Below, in pieces: positions 1 through 10,849 of a stretch of DNA of 64,000 nucleotides. Numbering within the stretch: the stretch's first letter is position 1; the number at the start of each line of letters is the position of its first letter. The notes under the pieces were generated by a model. The model saw only the letters and a program-made list of their open reading frames with translations, searched no databases and was not told where the DNA came from. Made by a program: the position numbers and the translations under genes. This DNA is from a virus (Duplodnaviria > Caudoviricetes): IMG/VR virus record IMGVR_UViG_3300024272_002379; one strand, written 5' to 3'.

Positions 1-238
1 GTCCAAATAAAGTAAATGATTTATCCGTTTCGTCACAAACAACATCTAATCCATTAGAAGCCGCTTCTTCTAGTAAAATCTTTAAGTCATTGTAAAATAC
101 CTCAGTATACTCTTTTACCTGATGATAAGGAACATATCCGCCATCTTCTGTATTAACCGTATAAAACCCTGTAGGGTCATTTAAGTAACATGTAAATGTA
201 TCAAGTATTTGTTCGTTTAATCGTGATATGTATGGCAT
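1..238 (-). CDS. hypothetical virion-module protein (partial, runs off window)
   Basis: ATG at 238 just after the stop of the 97-aa ORF, GGAGG SD upstream, frame open to window edge (MPYISRLNEQILDTF...). Confidence 0.7.
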   Translation of the reverse strand, partial: MPYISRLNEQILDTFTCYLNDPTGFYTVNTEDGGYVPYHQVKEYTEVFYNDLKILLEEAASNGLDVVCDETDKSFTLFG

Positions 239-532
239 TTATACTTCCTCCTCTATCTGTATTACATTATCTGTAAAAGTAAATGTTGTTCCTGTTAATA
301 TATTTAACGCTGGTTCATATATTTTAGTACAGTAATAATCGTTAGTTGTAGTGTCATAATCTGGAAACTTTATATCAAGACCACCACTAGATGATGTTTC
401 TAATTTTCTAATTACATCTCCAAGTTCTTTTAAAGTAATACCATCAAGTACATATCCTTTTTCTTGCAAAGCTTTTTTAATGTCCTGAACGGCGTTACAT
501 GTGTATTGTATTTTTTCGATTAAAGTTCCCAT
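239..532 (-). CDS. small tail-fibre-associated hypothetical protein
   Basis: 97-aa ORF coupled to upstream fibre gene (stop/start overlap). Confidence 0.6.
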   Translation of the reverse strand: MGTLIEKIQYTCNAVQDIKKALQEKGYVLDGITLKELGDVIRKLETSSSGGLDIKFPDYDTTTNDYYCTKIYEPALNILTGTTFTFTDNVIQIEEEV

Positions 533-2181
533 TATACCACCTCACCGTTCAACTCATCTAAAATTTGCTCCAACAAGGCAATTTCCTGTTCAAGTTTTTC
601 ATCGGTATTGATATATTGAACTGTAACATTGTCTGCACAAAAATATGTTGGTTCATATTTAATATAAGAAAATGGTCCTAATACAGCCCCAAATAACCTT
701 ATGTCTCCTAAACCACGATTTGAATTACCTGTAGTATGAGTAGAGTAAACAATTATTCGAAAAAATTTATATCTTATATTAGATACTAATTCATAGTCAT
801 AATATTTGACGTCATCATCAGGTAACACATCCGTTAATAGCGTATCAAAATTTATACCATCTTCAGAGGCTTGAACTTCAAAATCCTTACATCTATTAAC
901 AGAACCGTATTTTATATTACGTAAACTTATTTTGTCTATTTTTCTTACTTTACTGTCAATAAATTCTATTTGTATATAATCTGATACTGTATTGTTTGCA
1001 AACCAACCTGTTGAATCACTTCTATCAAATGCATAATACCCTTTATATGCCGTAGAATATTCACTACCTTGTGTAACAATACAAGTATTGTTGTAGTAAT
1101 TATTCATTTGAGGCACCAATCCATACACTGTGTCATTTTCCGTGTTAATATTGAGATTGGGTACACAAAAAGTATTAATGCCATCTCCACCAAAATAATT
1201 ATAACTACCAAATTCATTTAGTATATGCTCAGCTAAATATGTGTAATCTGCAATATTATATTCGCTACCATCACATGCTAAATAATGCTTGGGAACTTCC
1301 ATGCCCATGTGAGAGATTGTATGACCTACAGGTGTATCTTCAATGCCAATAACTTCATTTTCATATCCTAAAATATTAAGATTATATTGCTTACCATATT
1401 CAATAGAAGAATTAACGAATTCCATATCAGCAGTGTAATTTGACAATATTTCTTCTTGAGCAAGAATTCTGTCGTAAATTCTTATTCGATACATATTTCC
1501 TTGAAAATTAGCTGAACCGCTATAAGAACGTCTGCCTATATATGTTCCTGTAAAAGTTGATGTATTCCAAGTATCAGTTTTGTCTTGCTCTTCAAGTTTT
1601 ACGCCGTTTACATATATAGTCATAGTGTCTTCGTTTTCATAACAAATAGTTAGCAAGTTTACTTTGTTTGTTAATTCAGAAAAATCGTAAAGAAAAGTTT
1701 TGCCTCCTTTGTGTCTTCCGCTAAAATAAGTACTCCAATATCCGCAAACTATTCGTGGACTATAGTTTTCAAAAAATACAATTTGATTTTTTGAGCTATC
1801 AAATTGCAATAAAAACTCTAATGTTACTGGATATTGTATCTTAATATCTTGTGCGTGCAAATATTGGCTATTTCCAAAAACACCTTTTTTATTGTTAATA
1901 AAAACTCCATTATTTTGAGCATATTGTTCATTATTAATAACGTTATAAACATAGCTAACATCAGGACTTCTATAAGAATCCAGAAAATCTATGTAGTATG
2001 TTAGACCCTCAGTAATAATACCATTACAAGGGTCATAATCATCTACAAAGATAAAATTACTTCTGTTAAGTTGTCTTCTGATTTTGTTATCAGCAGCATC
2101 AATATATTCAAGTGCTCTTCTGTTATTTTCAGATAAGGCTAATTCTAAGTTAGCCTTATCAATAGCCTTACCTTCCGCCAT
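532..2181 (-). CDS. tail fibre / receptor-binding protein with LamG-like, tail-collar and F5/8 type C (discoidin) domains
   Basis: LamG-type motif IYVNG...YIGRR...FQGNMYRIRIYDRIL; collar motif TPVGHTISHMG...YLACDGSEYNIADY...FGGDGINTFCVPNL; discoidin motif YYAFDRSDSTGW...YIQIEF...KDFEVQASEDGINF...YKFFRII. Confidence 0.8.
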   Translation of the reverse strand: MAEGKAIDKANLELALSENNRRALEYIDAADNKIRRQLNRSNFIFVDDYDPCNGIITEGLTYYIDFLDSYRSPDVSYVYNVINNEQYAQNNGVFINNKKGVFGNSQYLHAQDIKIQYPVTLEFLLQFDSSKNQIVFFENYSPRIVCGYWSTYFSGRHKGGKTFLYDFSELTNKVNLLTICYENEDTMTIYVNGVKLEEQDKTDTWNTSTFTGTYIGRRSYSGSANFQGNMYRIRIYDRILAQEEILSNYTADMEFVNSSIEYGKQYNLNILGYENEVIGIEDTPVGHTISHMGMEVPKHYLACDGSEYNIADYTYLAEHILNEFGSYNYFGGDGINTFCVPNLNINTENDTVYGLVPQMNNYYNNTCIVTQGSEYSTAYKGYYAFDRSDSTGWFANNTVSDYIQIEFIDSKVRKIDKISLRNIKYGSVNRCKDFEVQASEDGINFDTLLTDVLPDDDVKYYDYELVSNIRYKFFRIIVYSTHTTGNSNRGLGDIRLFGAVLGPFSYIKYEPTYFCADNVTVQYINTDEKLEQEIALLEQILDELNGEVV

Positions 2182-2183
2182 AA

Positions 2184-2582
2184 TTATTCACTCCAAATTC
2201 CAGCTATCATAGCAGTAATTTCTTCATCACTGTAGCTTTCTAAAGTTACTGTAATACCTGCAAGTAATTCATCAATTTCTGTTTTATTGTAGTAGTTGCT
2301 TAAATCTACAGAGCCTGCATCAACCTGTCCTAAGATTTCCCAACCAACACCTTCTTTGTAAACATATTCGTTATAGATGTTATTAGTGATTGTTGATAAA
2401 TCACTTTTTACAAGGTAGATAGTAGTTGTTGAGATGTCCGATTCAGGTAATGCATCAACCCACTTGATGTCAATAACTTTAACGTTAGCAATTTGGGCTT
2501 CTACCCATTCTTTCATTTTTGTGTTGTTTTGTGACATAGCAGCTTGAAGATTGCTCATGCTTAATGTTTTTTGGTCAGCCAT
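2184..2582 (-). CDS. tail fibre-associated protein
   Basis: VDALPESDISTTTIYLV...YNEYVY...WEILG...VDLSNYYNKTEID motif common in phage fibre proteins. Confidence 0.6.
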   Translation of the reverse strand: MADQKTLSMSNLQAAMSQNNTKMKEWVEAQIANVKVIDIKWVDALPESDISTTTIYLVKSDLSTITNNIYNEYVYKEGVGWEILGQVDAGSVDLSNYYNKTEIDELLAGITVTLESYSDEEITAMIAGIWSE

Positions 2583-2594
2583 TATTTTGTCCTC

Positions 2595-3299
2595 CTATAA
2601 TAATCTTTGATAATACGGAACGATAATATTTATTATCTGTTCTCCGTCTGGGTACTTAATTTTCACATTATATTCTCCAGATTGAGTGAATGTACCTTTA
2701 ATATATCCTGGCATGTACATTAAAGCATCTGGAAGATTAGTTACGTCTATTACACTATCTGATAACTTTATTTCTATAAAACAGTTCTTTTGAACTACAA
2801 TAGACATATCAGAATAATCCGTTATTTTTTCAGGTATTACAACTTGCACCTTACTATTTACATTAACAGACACACCAGCAAATGTTAAAACACTTTCTTT
2901 TTGTTCTGAGTCAAGAACAATTGCCGATTTTGGATTGTATTTAATATTGGTTGACTGCAATTTTGACACGTACACTTCTTTGATTTTACATTCTGGATTT
3001 TGCTTGTCATTTGCAACAGCATTCCTTATACACATAAAAGTTTGCGGTTTAAGAGATTCGTACTCTTTTTCTTTATACACTTGAACAGTATAAGGAATTA
3101 ACCCATTTGAATAGTGTATTTTTGTATTATTTAAAATATTTGGATTATTGGTATGTAACGGATAAACGAATGCTTCACTTCTATTTCTCATGATACAGAT
3201 AGGATATTCGTTTTCATGTATTACAAATGCATGTCCATGCTCTGAGATAAAATTTTTAACATTTATATTTTTTACAAATGCTTTTCCGTCAAAATTCAT
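2595..3299 (-). CDS. hypothetical structural protein, possible C-terminal Ig-like domain
   Basis: C-terminal NLPDAL...GYIKGTFTQSGEYNVKI resembles putative Ig domain; context. Confidence 0.5.
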   Translation of the reverse strand: MNFDGKAFVKNINVKNFISEHGHAFVIHENEYPICIMRNRSEAFVYPLHTNNPNILNNTKIHYSNGLIPYTVQVYKEKEYESLKPQTFMCIRNAVANDKQNPECKIKEVYVSKLQSTNIKYNPKSAIVLDSEQKESVLTFAGVSVNVNSKVQVVIPEKITDYSDMSIVVQKNCFIEIKLSDSVIDVTNLPDALMYMPGYIKGTFTQSGEYNVKIKYPDGEQIINIIVPYYQRLL

Positions 3300-3310
3300 A
3301 TCATCACATC

Positions 3311-4867
3311 CTAACTGATAAATTTAGGATAAATAGTAATTGGACTAGCTCCTGTTATAGTAAGACCGATTTGTTGTTTGCCCATTCCATTGTATGTAAA
3401 TCTTAATGTCGAAGTATTATTTTCTGCAAACACCGCTGGACCACTAATTGTAAGTTCAAATATACCAACAAAGTGTTCTTCGAGATAGTTCAATGCAGAG
3501 AATTCTATGTATGTACTAATTGATGAACCTGTATAATCATAGTACTCCTTTTCGAATTCAATTTCAACTGATTGTGCATCTTCCATGTTAATCATATGAA
3601 CTGAACTATCAGTTTTAAGATACCAAACTCTTTGAAGTTCATCTAATCCCACTGAGTAGCACCCTGTGATTTCAAAATTAGTAGATTCGTATCTTAATGT
3701 TGTCTGATTGAATTTCAGAATCTGGAATGCATTTTGCTTAGCAATTAGCAAATGTTCTTTAGATTCATTATAGATAAAACCACCGATTTGTTTAGCTTCA
3801 TCTATTTGATTATATCCTGTAAAAGTCAAACTTGTTGCAGAATTAATTCGAAATGTATAAATACCTTGAGTAGCTATAAAGCTACCGTGCTCGTAATTGT
3901 ATCTATACACAACTACATTAAGATATTTAATGCCATTAAAATCAGCGATAAAATTCCTAACTGTATTATATTGAGAATTATTATAACTTGCAACCGTGTC
4001 AAAGAAATCTATTTTAGTTTTCCCTCCGCTCCATGCAATTGTAGTTTTTTGCATCGTAAATCCTTCAGCGTAAGTTTTACTTGTATCAAATTGATAAAAA
4101 TCAATTGGCTGAGCTGGGTCAGTTACATTACACAAGAATAAACCAAATGTATTATCATCTATCTGATAAGGATTATCACTAATATTAGTTAAATAATAAT
4201 TACCACCTATATCTGATTGTCCTCTAAATATTGCTTGAGATGTACTAAACCCATGAGATGATTTATTTAATGTTGCAGCGTACATATTTTGTTCGGAAGC
4301 ATATACAAAGTAAATATTAACATCATCTTCATGTATTTTTCTCAAACGAGCATAATTATAACTAGCTGATGTATACCATATTCTTGATACACTAAAATTG
4401 TCTTTATTAAAACTATATATTGAATATGTTGTATTACTTCTTTGAGTCCAAAATACATAATGGTCGTTTTGACCTACGAACTCTAAAAATTGATAATCGC
4501 CCATATTATATACATTAAGAACTGTAGTTTCTCCATTTTCGGTTTCTTCCATAGTGATTAATCTTGATTCTCTACTTCCAGAGATATATCCAGTAAGAGT
4601 TCTTAAGTAATATCTATTAGGGTACACAGAGTCTCTTAAAATGCCAATTTCGTCATTAGGGTCACTCCATGAGAAACCCTGTAAATATAACTGTTTTCTA
4701 GTACACAAACTATAAGGGGAGCCGTATAAATCACACACCTCAAAAGGTACAGGTGATAACTTTTCTTTTGTATAGTATTGTGTATTTAATAAAAACCCTT
4801 TAGTTGTTTCTATTACCTTAGGTGCTATGTCTGTAATTGTTGTATTTGCTGGATTTATTATTTTCAT
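3311..4867 (-). CDS. putative virion protein, beta-rich; paralog of 4878..6452
   Basis: 518 aa; shared N- and C-terminal segments with neighbour. Confidence 0.6.
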   Translation of the reverse strand: MKIINPANTTITDIAPKVIETTKGFLLNTQYYTKEKLSPVPFEVCDLYGSPYSLCTRKQLYLQGFSWSDPNDEIGILRDSVYPNRYYLRTLTGYISGSRESRLITMEETENGETTVLNVYNMGDYQFLEFVGQNDHYVFWTQRSNTTYSIYSFNKDNFSVSRIWYTSASYNYARLRKIHEDDVNIYFVYASEQNMYAATLNKSSHGFSTSQAIFRGQSDIGGNYYLTNISDNPYQIDDNTFGLFLCNVTDPAQPIDFYQFDTSKTYAEGFTMQKTTIAWSGGKTKIDFFDTVASYNNSQYNTVRNFIADFNGIKYLNVVVYRYNYEHGSFIATQGIYTFRINSATSLTFTGYNQIDEAKQIGGFIYNESKEHLLIAKQNAFQILKFNQTTLRYESTNFEITGCYSVGLDELQRVWYLKTDSSVHMINMEDAQSVEIEFEKEYYDYTGSSISTYIEFSALNYLEEHFVGIFELTISGPAVFAENNTSTLRFTYNGMGKQQIGLTITGASPITIYPKFIS

Positions 4868-4877
4868 TTTAGCCTCC

Positions 4878-6452
4878 TTATGTGTTTTGCGTAATAATCA
4901 CTTCTATAGAGCCATACCCTGTAATTGTTACAGGAACTGTTCGCTGTCCAGTTTTTAATGTAGAAACTACAAGTTCGGTCGAATTATTTTCTTTAAAAAC
5001 CACTGGTCCAATCAATGTAAGCTTTACACTTGTTTCTAGGTACTCATCTAAAAAGTTTTTAGCATAAAAACTTACAGTGGTGTCTACAGGACCTGTGTTT
5101 TTTTCATAAATTTCATTCTGAAAATCTGCCTTAAGTATACAAGCATTTGTTTCCGTTAGTATTTCTATTGCGTTTGACGAATGGTGTATGTAGAAACGAT
5201 TTAACGAATCGAATCCTGCTAATCTTGGAACAGCACCTTTTCTAAATGTCTGTACAAATCTTTGTTTTGTATGGTCGAATGAGTAAAATATACAAGCATT
5301 TTCCAAAACAAAAACTGGCTTTTCATAATCTTCTTCTACAAACAACACGCCTTTACATCCGTCTGTTAATGGTATTATTTGCAATATATAAAATCCATCA
5401 TCCTTTAATTCCAATAGTACATGCTTGTGCTGAGCGTAAGTTGATTTATAATTTGGCGATGAATAAATGGTGCATTCGACATAAATATGTCCGTTAGATT
5501 CAAATGTTTGTAATTGGTTCCATAGCTCATGTCCATATGGCAATGTGTTATCAACAGAACTATCCATTTTAAATGAATCATAGTTTTTAATTTCTACGGT
5601 TTCATAGGCTATTGTGTCATCATTCGTGTTTAACTTTAGCTTTCTAAAGCCGTATTTATGCGAAGCACTTGCTGAATCATAATTATCAAACAACATATAG
5701 TAGTATCCATTTATTTTTATAGGATTACTACCTATACGATTTGTTCCAGGTATTGTTTCTCCTATCTGTGCAAGTGTATTGGCTGAAGTATTGATTTTAT
5801 ATATTACATAACTTGCATAACTAAACCTTAAAACATATCCAATATCATTAGAATGTTCCATGTAATATGTCTGATTGTATACGTTACAATTATTAGTTAA
5901 TAAATAAGTAGGAGCTAATGTTTTTTTATTTAACTTTCCTAATGTATAACAAGTGTATTGTCCAAAACCATGATTGTAATAGTCTCCTTTGTATGTAAAA
6001 ACAAAATCGTTTTCTGTTTCATATAATATTACAAAGTCAGCTTTATTAATCCATTCTGTATTACCAAAACCATTAGATACTAATCGAGTTTCCACTGTGT
6101 ATTCATTATTTTTTTCTCTTATTTTTGCAATGTACTGACTGTCGTAACTGTTCCATTTACCTATAACATAAAAAACATCACTATCGTATTTGTCTCTAAT
6201 AATATTTTTGTAATTACCTATTCGTTGACAGTTTGCGTATAACAAAGAACTTTGCTCAAAAGTAGAATCGTATATACCTGTATTTAAAACACTAGTTGCA
6301 TATCCGCTTTGAACAGGGATACTAAATTTCATAGGAATAGGCTTTAGTGTTTGTTTATCATGAATCTGTGTATTCATGATAAGATGTTTGGGAGTTTCAA
6401 AAATTTTAGGGATAGCTCCCTGTATAGTGCTTACGTCATTAATTAACTCCAT
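4878..6452 (-). CDS. putative virion protein, beta-rich; paralog of 3311..4867
   Basis: 524 aa; GGAGG SD; shared termini with neighbour. Confidence 0.6.
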   Translation of the reverse strand: MELINDVSTIQGAIPKIFETPKHLIMNTQIHDKQTLKPIPMKFSIPVQSGYATSVLNTGIYDSTFEQSSLLYANCQRIGNYKNIIRDKYDSDVFYVIGKWNSYDSQYIAKIREKNNEYTVETRLVSNGFGNTEWINKADFVILYETENDFVFTYKGDYYNHGFGQYTCYTLGKLNKKTLAPTYLLTNNCNVYNQTYYMEHSNDIGYVLRFSYASYVIYKINTSANTLAQIGETIPGTNRIGSNPIKINGYYYMLFDNYDSASASHKYGFRKLKLNTNDDTIAYETVEIKNYDSFKMDSSVDNTLPYGHELWNQLQTFESNGHIYVECTIYSSPNYKSTYAQHKHVLLELKDDGFYILQIIPLTDGCKGVLFVEEDYEKPVFVLENACIFYSFDHTKQRFVQTFRKGAVPRLAGFDSLNRFYIHHSSNAIEILTETNACILKADFQNEIYEKNTGPVDTTVSFYAKNFLDEYLETSVKLTLIGPVVFKENNSTELVVSTLKTGQRTVPVTITGYGSIEVIITQNT

Positions 6453-6463
6453 ATTTGTACCTC

Positions 6464-7282
6464 CTATACATAAGTAACGTACAAAAATAACTGATAGTTA
6501 CCTTTTATAAATATTTCTATATTAGGAATATTAGGTAACTTATATCTTTGTATTTCTGATTTGGCTAATGTATCATTTAAAGTTTGAATACCGTTTTCCA
6601 GTATTTTTACGTTTATTTGGTCAGTATCTGATTTATTGATTAACATAAATTCTAAATCCAATATAACATCTGATGACAAACTATACAATGTAGAAATATC
6701 AATAACACTATCGAGAAACAAATTATAGCCATTGTATTCATGTGTTTGAGATTTGGTTGTATTGCCAGCAATAACTTTAATTTTCTCTGTAATTATATCA
6801 TATCTTTCATTGAATATTTGGGTTTGTTGGATTATTTTGTCATCTATTTCATCTTTTGCCGCATCTATATCATCTGTAGTAGCGTTATTTGCTGGTATTT
6901 TTGGTACATAATACCCATCTGCATATTTTGTCAGGGCGTTATTAACTTGCCCAGAAATCAGGAAAGCTTGTACGTAATATCCGTTACCATACTTAACTAA
7001 AGCGTTGTTTGCTGCTGGAGAGATGACAATATCTTTATCGACAACAGTGGTTCCACCGCCTGTAGCTATATCATTCCACTTACCGTTATAATACTGAAGT
7101 TTTTTATTATAGTACCTTAAACCATGAATACCCGCTTCTGTATTTACACTTAACGTTTCATGTGTAGATGTAGCTATTATTGGTTTTCCTTTATATAGCA
7201 AAACAGAATCGGGTGATTCTGTAAATTGCTTCAATATATCATAATTCTCGTGTACATGTGTTTTTATCAATGAAGAACTCAT
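6464..7282 (-). CDS. putative tail/fibre structural protein
   Basis: 272 aa with short internal repeat IS...NNAL.KY..GYYV (x2); context. Confidence 0.55.
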   Translation of the reverse strand: MSSSLIKTHVHENYDILKQFTESPDSVLLYKGKPIIATSTHETLSVNTEAGIHGLRYYNKKLQYYNGKWNDIATGGGTTVVDKDIVISPAANNALVKYGNGYYVQAFLISGQVNNALTKYADGYYVPKIPANNATTDDIDAAKDEIDDKIIQQTQIFNERYDIITEKIKVIAGNTTKSQTHEYNGYNLFLDSVIDISTLYSLSSDVILDLEFMLINKSDTDQINVKILENGIQTLNDTLAKSEIQRYKLPNIPNIEIFIKGNYQLFLYVTYV

Positions 7283-7293
7283 CTAATCACCCC

Positions 7294-8808
7294 TTACCAT
7301 AAGCTATCAATCATGCTAATAACTTCATCACTGGTGTAATACACTAATTCAGCCCCATCTAAAGTATACATGTTTGCTCTTTGGATATTTATCAAAAGAC
7401 CAGTACTAATTTTTATACCTAATGGTTTTATATAATTTTTAGGGCTATCTGTTAATGCCCCCACTGATTCATCAGATAAATATAATACAGTTCCATCTGG
7501 ATAAGCATCATACATACTTGTCTGAAATTCGCCAGAAACTGTAATAGTAAAATTGTTAGCATTTGTTACTTCGGTCACAATACCAACTACTTCTATTCGT
7601 TCTGTATCTTCTCCAAATGCTTTTGCATATTTACCGTCTGTTTTTAAATACACAGGATTCCCAACTGTTAATCCATGACTGTCTTGCTGTATACTTAGAA
7701 CATTACTATTAGAACTTCCTGGTCCACTACCGCCACCACAATACAAACCATTATCTCGGACTACTAAATGATTTCCATCATCTGGCGAAATAATAGCTGT
7801 AGCCTTTAACGGACCTTTTCCTTTAAAGTAAATATCTGTAAAATAAGACTTTGCCTGTGACTGGTTACAATAACCATACTGCACTCTTCCAGTAAAATAA
7901 TGTCCCCACTCATAATCATGTAGGTCTATAGAAATTACAGTGCTTAAGTTAATATCTAATGAATTCCAGTTACTTATGCTACACTCGACAGCGTTACCAG
8001 ATTTAGACACTTCCATGGTAATGTAACTATTACTCCAACCGTTTCTATTATGACCGCTACTCATTGTACCAGTTTTAATTACCTGCTGTCCTGCTAAGCT
8101 TTTATTGTAGACTAACGCATAAAAGAAACTACCTGCATGAGATTCTCCGCCTTTATTAATGATACAAGATAAAGTATGAGGGTGACCATTTTCATCCAGT
8201 ACATATGCAATAATTAAACCGTTTGCATCATTATCGCCGTCACTAGAACGTAATGTAGCTCTGTGAGTATATGTTCTGTATTTAATATTTGATACAAAAC
8301 CTGTAAATGTAGTAGTATTTTTAGGTTGTACAAAGGACTGCAATGTATAGTCAAAATACCAAGCGTTTGCTTCTGAGGCACTTGCAATATTGTTTGTTCC
8401 ACCATTATGTGAAAATACATTACCACCATGATACATGGTTTCAAGAGTTTCACCAGCACCTTCTGTGTATAAATGAATAGAAGCGGTATCCTCTGTTTCT
8501 ATTTCTGGATATTTATCAACGAACAATCCAGTTACTTTTTCTTGTATAGCATTATCTTCTGAATCAAATATTTTTACATTAGCAGTTAACGTATCAGTAT
8601 CTTCATCTATATCGAAATGTATTGACCTTGAATCTTCATAATTTTTTACAAGACCATCCAATATTTCCTGTAGGCCAGTAATAGCACTAATAGGATGTTG
8701 ATTTGCTAAATCACGGTTTACTAATTCATTATGGTCGTATGTGCCATCAACGTTACCGCCACCGCCAGAAATAACGCCATTATTGTATCTGACCAATCTA
8801 ACTCCCAT
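7294..8808 (-). CDS. putative tail fibre/spike protein
   Basis: HNELVNRDLANQHPISAITGL fibre-type motif; lectin-like central region; C-terminal HGLTVGNPVYL...YAKA domain. Confidence 0.6.
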   Translation of the reverse strand: MGVRLVRYNNGVISGGGGNVDGTYDHNELVNRDLANQHPISAITGLQEILDGLVKNYEDSRSIHFDIDEDTDTLTANVKIFDSEDNAIQEKVTGLFVDKYPEIETEDTASIHLYTEGAGETLETMYHGGNVFSHNGGTNNIASASEANAWYFDYTLQSFVQPKNTTTFTGFVSNIKYRTYTHRATLRSSDGDNDANGLIIAYVLDENGHPHTLSCIINKGGESHAGSFFYALVYNKSLAGQQVIKTGTMSSGHNRNGWSNSYITMEVSKSGNAVECSISNWNSLDINLSTVISIDLHDYEWGHYFTGRVQYGYCNQSQAKSYFTDIYFKGKGPLKATAIISPDDGNHLVVRDNGLYCGGGSGPGSSNSNVLSIQQDSHGLTVGNPVYLKTDGKYAKAFGEDTERIEVVGIVTEVTNANNFTITVSGEFQTSMYDAYPDGTVLYLSDESVGALTDSPKNYIKPLGIKISTGLLINIQRANMYTLDGAELVYYTSDEVISMIDSLW

Positions 8809-8822
8809 GCTATTCTCACCTT

Positions 8823-10154
8823 CTATTCTATCATTATTTTGAATCTGTAAGAATTAGCTGTCATGTAGAAATCCTGAATTGGTCTATCTATAAGTTTTAT
8901 ATAGATACTTTTACCTTCTGATGGATTGATGGAATCAATAACAACTTCCTTACCATAAGGTAAATCTTTTTCTGCTCTACTTTCATCATATAAGGCAACA
9001 GCTACTTCTTCTTCGCCTCCATAATACTCAGAATATTTAATAACTCTTACTTTTACATTTGTTAATACATAGTTTTCATTATTATGTAAGTCTAACTTGA
9101 CGAAATAAGAGCCACGATAAAATGTACCTAAATCATATAATTCAAGTGGATTAATTTCTTTATTGTCGATATAAAGTCTAATATCTCTTTCAATACTAAA
9201 TCCATCTCCACCATATAATTCTTCACTTAATACAAAATTATTTATCGTTGTTTTGTATTTACCGCTAGGAAATATTCTAAGTTGGGCGTTCTTTATAGGG
9301 GTTGGTAATGTCATTGTATTTATTACAAGTTTTTTACCTGCTCGATTTATCAATGGAGAATACGCTACATTGTCACTTCTGAAATAAACCGTATCTTCAT
9401 TGTAGATTTCAATTTCATGATTTTCCTCTACGCCATCAATAGTGATATATTTGTCAGTATATATGGCGAATGTTTTAAAATAACAGTGGCTTTTTCTAAT
9501 CAGTTTTTCATCTTCGGTTCCATATAAAAAGAAGCCGATAACACCAGCGTCCTTAAAAGATGTGTTACCGATTTCAATCCAAGTAAAACCATCCGTACTT
9601 GCTAAAAATCTATATTTAGTTTTTTCCTTCGAAAACTTAATATATTTATATATTTTATCAACAAAAGTACTATCTGCTATTGTAGCTGGTTTATCTAAAT
9701 CAATAGACAATGCTGCTATTGGAGACGTACTTGAATCATCTATTGAGTATGTAATGTAGCTGTCTAGTCTTTCATTCATAAGAGCGTAAATCAATTCTTC
9801 TAAGTCTCCAGAAATTTGATTACCTCCGTTTGTTATTTCAGAAGGACCTTTTGCCATATAAGACTGGCATTCAGCATAGTCTTTTGTCGTTGACATTACT
9901 ATAATGCCTGCAATGTCTTCTTCACTTAATGGAGTGTGGTCTAGTTGTACAACACAAGAATATTGCTCCATTTCTGGCTCAATAATCGTATAGGTAACAT
10001 AACTACTATTGTGCTGTATTTGAAGACCATCATCCCCAAATGACAAGCAATTTATGTCAGATGGGGATTGGGTCCACATTAAGGTTTTTTCTGAAAAATC
10101 ATCAAAGAAAAGTAATCCGCTACTTGTTTTATTTATCTTTGACATAATCATCAC
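8823..10154 (-). CDS. putative virion structural protein
   Basis: 443 aa; FFDDFS and FLASTDGFTWIEIG suggest a concanavalin-like beta sandwich; context. Confidence 0.5.
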   Translation of the reverse strand: MMIMSKINKTSSGLLFFDDFSEKTLMWTQSPSDINCLSFGDDGLQIQHNSSYVTYTIIEPEMEQYSCVVQLDHTPLSEEDIAGIIVMSTTKDYAECQSYMAKGPSEITNGGNQISGDLEELIYALMNERLDSYITYSIDDSSTSPIAALSIDLDKPATIADSTFVDKIYKYIKFSKEKTKYRFLASTDGFTWIEIGNTSFKDAGVIGFFLYGTEDEKLIRKSHCYFKTFAIYTDKYITIDGVEENHEIEIYNEDTVYFRSDNVAYSPLINRAGKKLVINTMTLPTPIKNAQLRIFPSGKYKTTINNFVLSEELYGGDGFSIERDIRLYIDNKEINPLELYDLGTFYRGSYFVKLDLHNNENYVLTNVKVRVIKYSEYYGGEEEVAVALYDESRAEKDLPYGKEVVIDSINPSEGKSIYIKLIDRPIQDFYMTANSYRFKIMIE

Positions 10155-10156
10155 CT

Positions 10157-10837
10157 TTATACAATTTCAATATACTGGTCGAGAGGAACTACCTTTCCAA
10201 TTTTTACCGACTCTTTGCCAAGCAAGTTAACTAATGTTCTTGCTTTTGCCATTGCAGAATTTAATGAAGCATAGCTTGAATGTAAAAACCATGGGTCTAA
10301 TTTAATACGTTTCATACGTTCATAGTAAACATATGGAATTTGCTTATCATCTCCTGCTGGTGGATTGTAATCTGCTTCACCAGTGACAGACTCTGATTTT
10401 GCGATGCCATCATACATAAATACCATATCGTATTTTGGATTATTTGCCGTTGCTTCATCTATAACGATTTGATAATTTGCCATATCTCTTTCTGCCTGAG
10501 CCTTTTTTGCGTCACCTGTTGTACCAGAATCAGCAGGTTCGACGATGCAATACTCTATAACAATTTGACGCTTAGCAATTTTATCCTGAATATCTTCGTA
10601 ATGTTTACATGTGTCATAGATATTTAACTCAACAACGTCGAGTAAATCTGGTCTGAGTGCTCCCGAAAGTATTGCTGTCTTAAGAGCCAGATACTGTGTT
10701 TCATTTGCTTCATAAAAATCTGAAAGTCCTTTAAACTCTTCTGCACTAATCCACTCGATAGGAGTTCTGTTTGTTAACGAACGGTTAACATTTTCATTTA
10801 AATATCTACAAAATATCTGATATTGTGTTGAAGCCAT
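10157..10837 (-). CDS. hypothetical virion protein, paralog of 10850..11839
   Basis: shared N-terminal, central and C-terminal blocks. Confidence 0.6.
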   Translation of the reverse strand: MASTQYQIFCRYLNENVNRSLTNRTPIEWISAEEFKGLSDFYEANETQYLALKTAILSGALRPDLLDVVELNIYDTCKHYEDIQDKIAKRQIVIEYCIVEPADSGTTGDAKKAQAERDMANYQIVIDEATANNPKYDMVFMYDGIAKSESVTGEADYNPPAGDDKQIPYVYYERMKRIKLDPWFLHSSYASLNSAMAKARTLVNLLGKESVKIGKVVPLDQYIEIV

Positions 10838-10849
10838 GTTTATCCCTCC

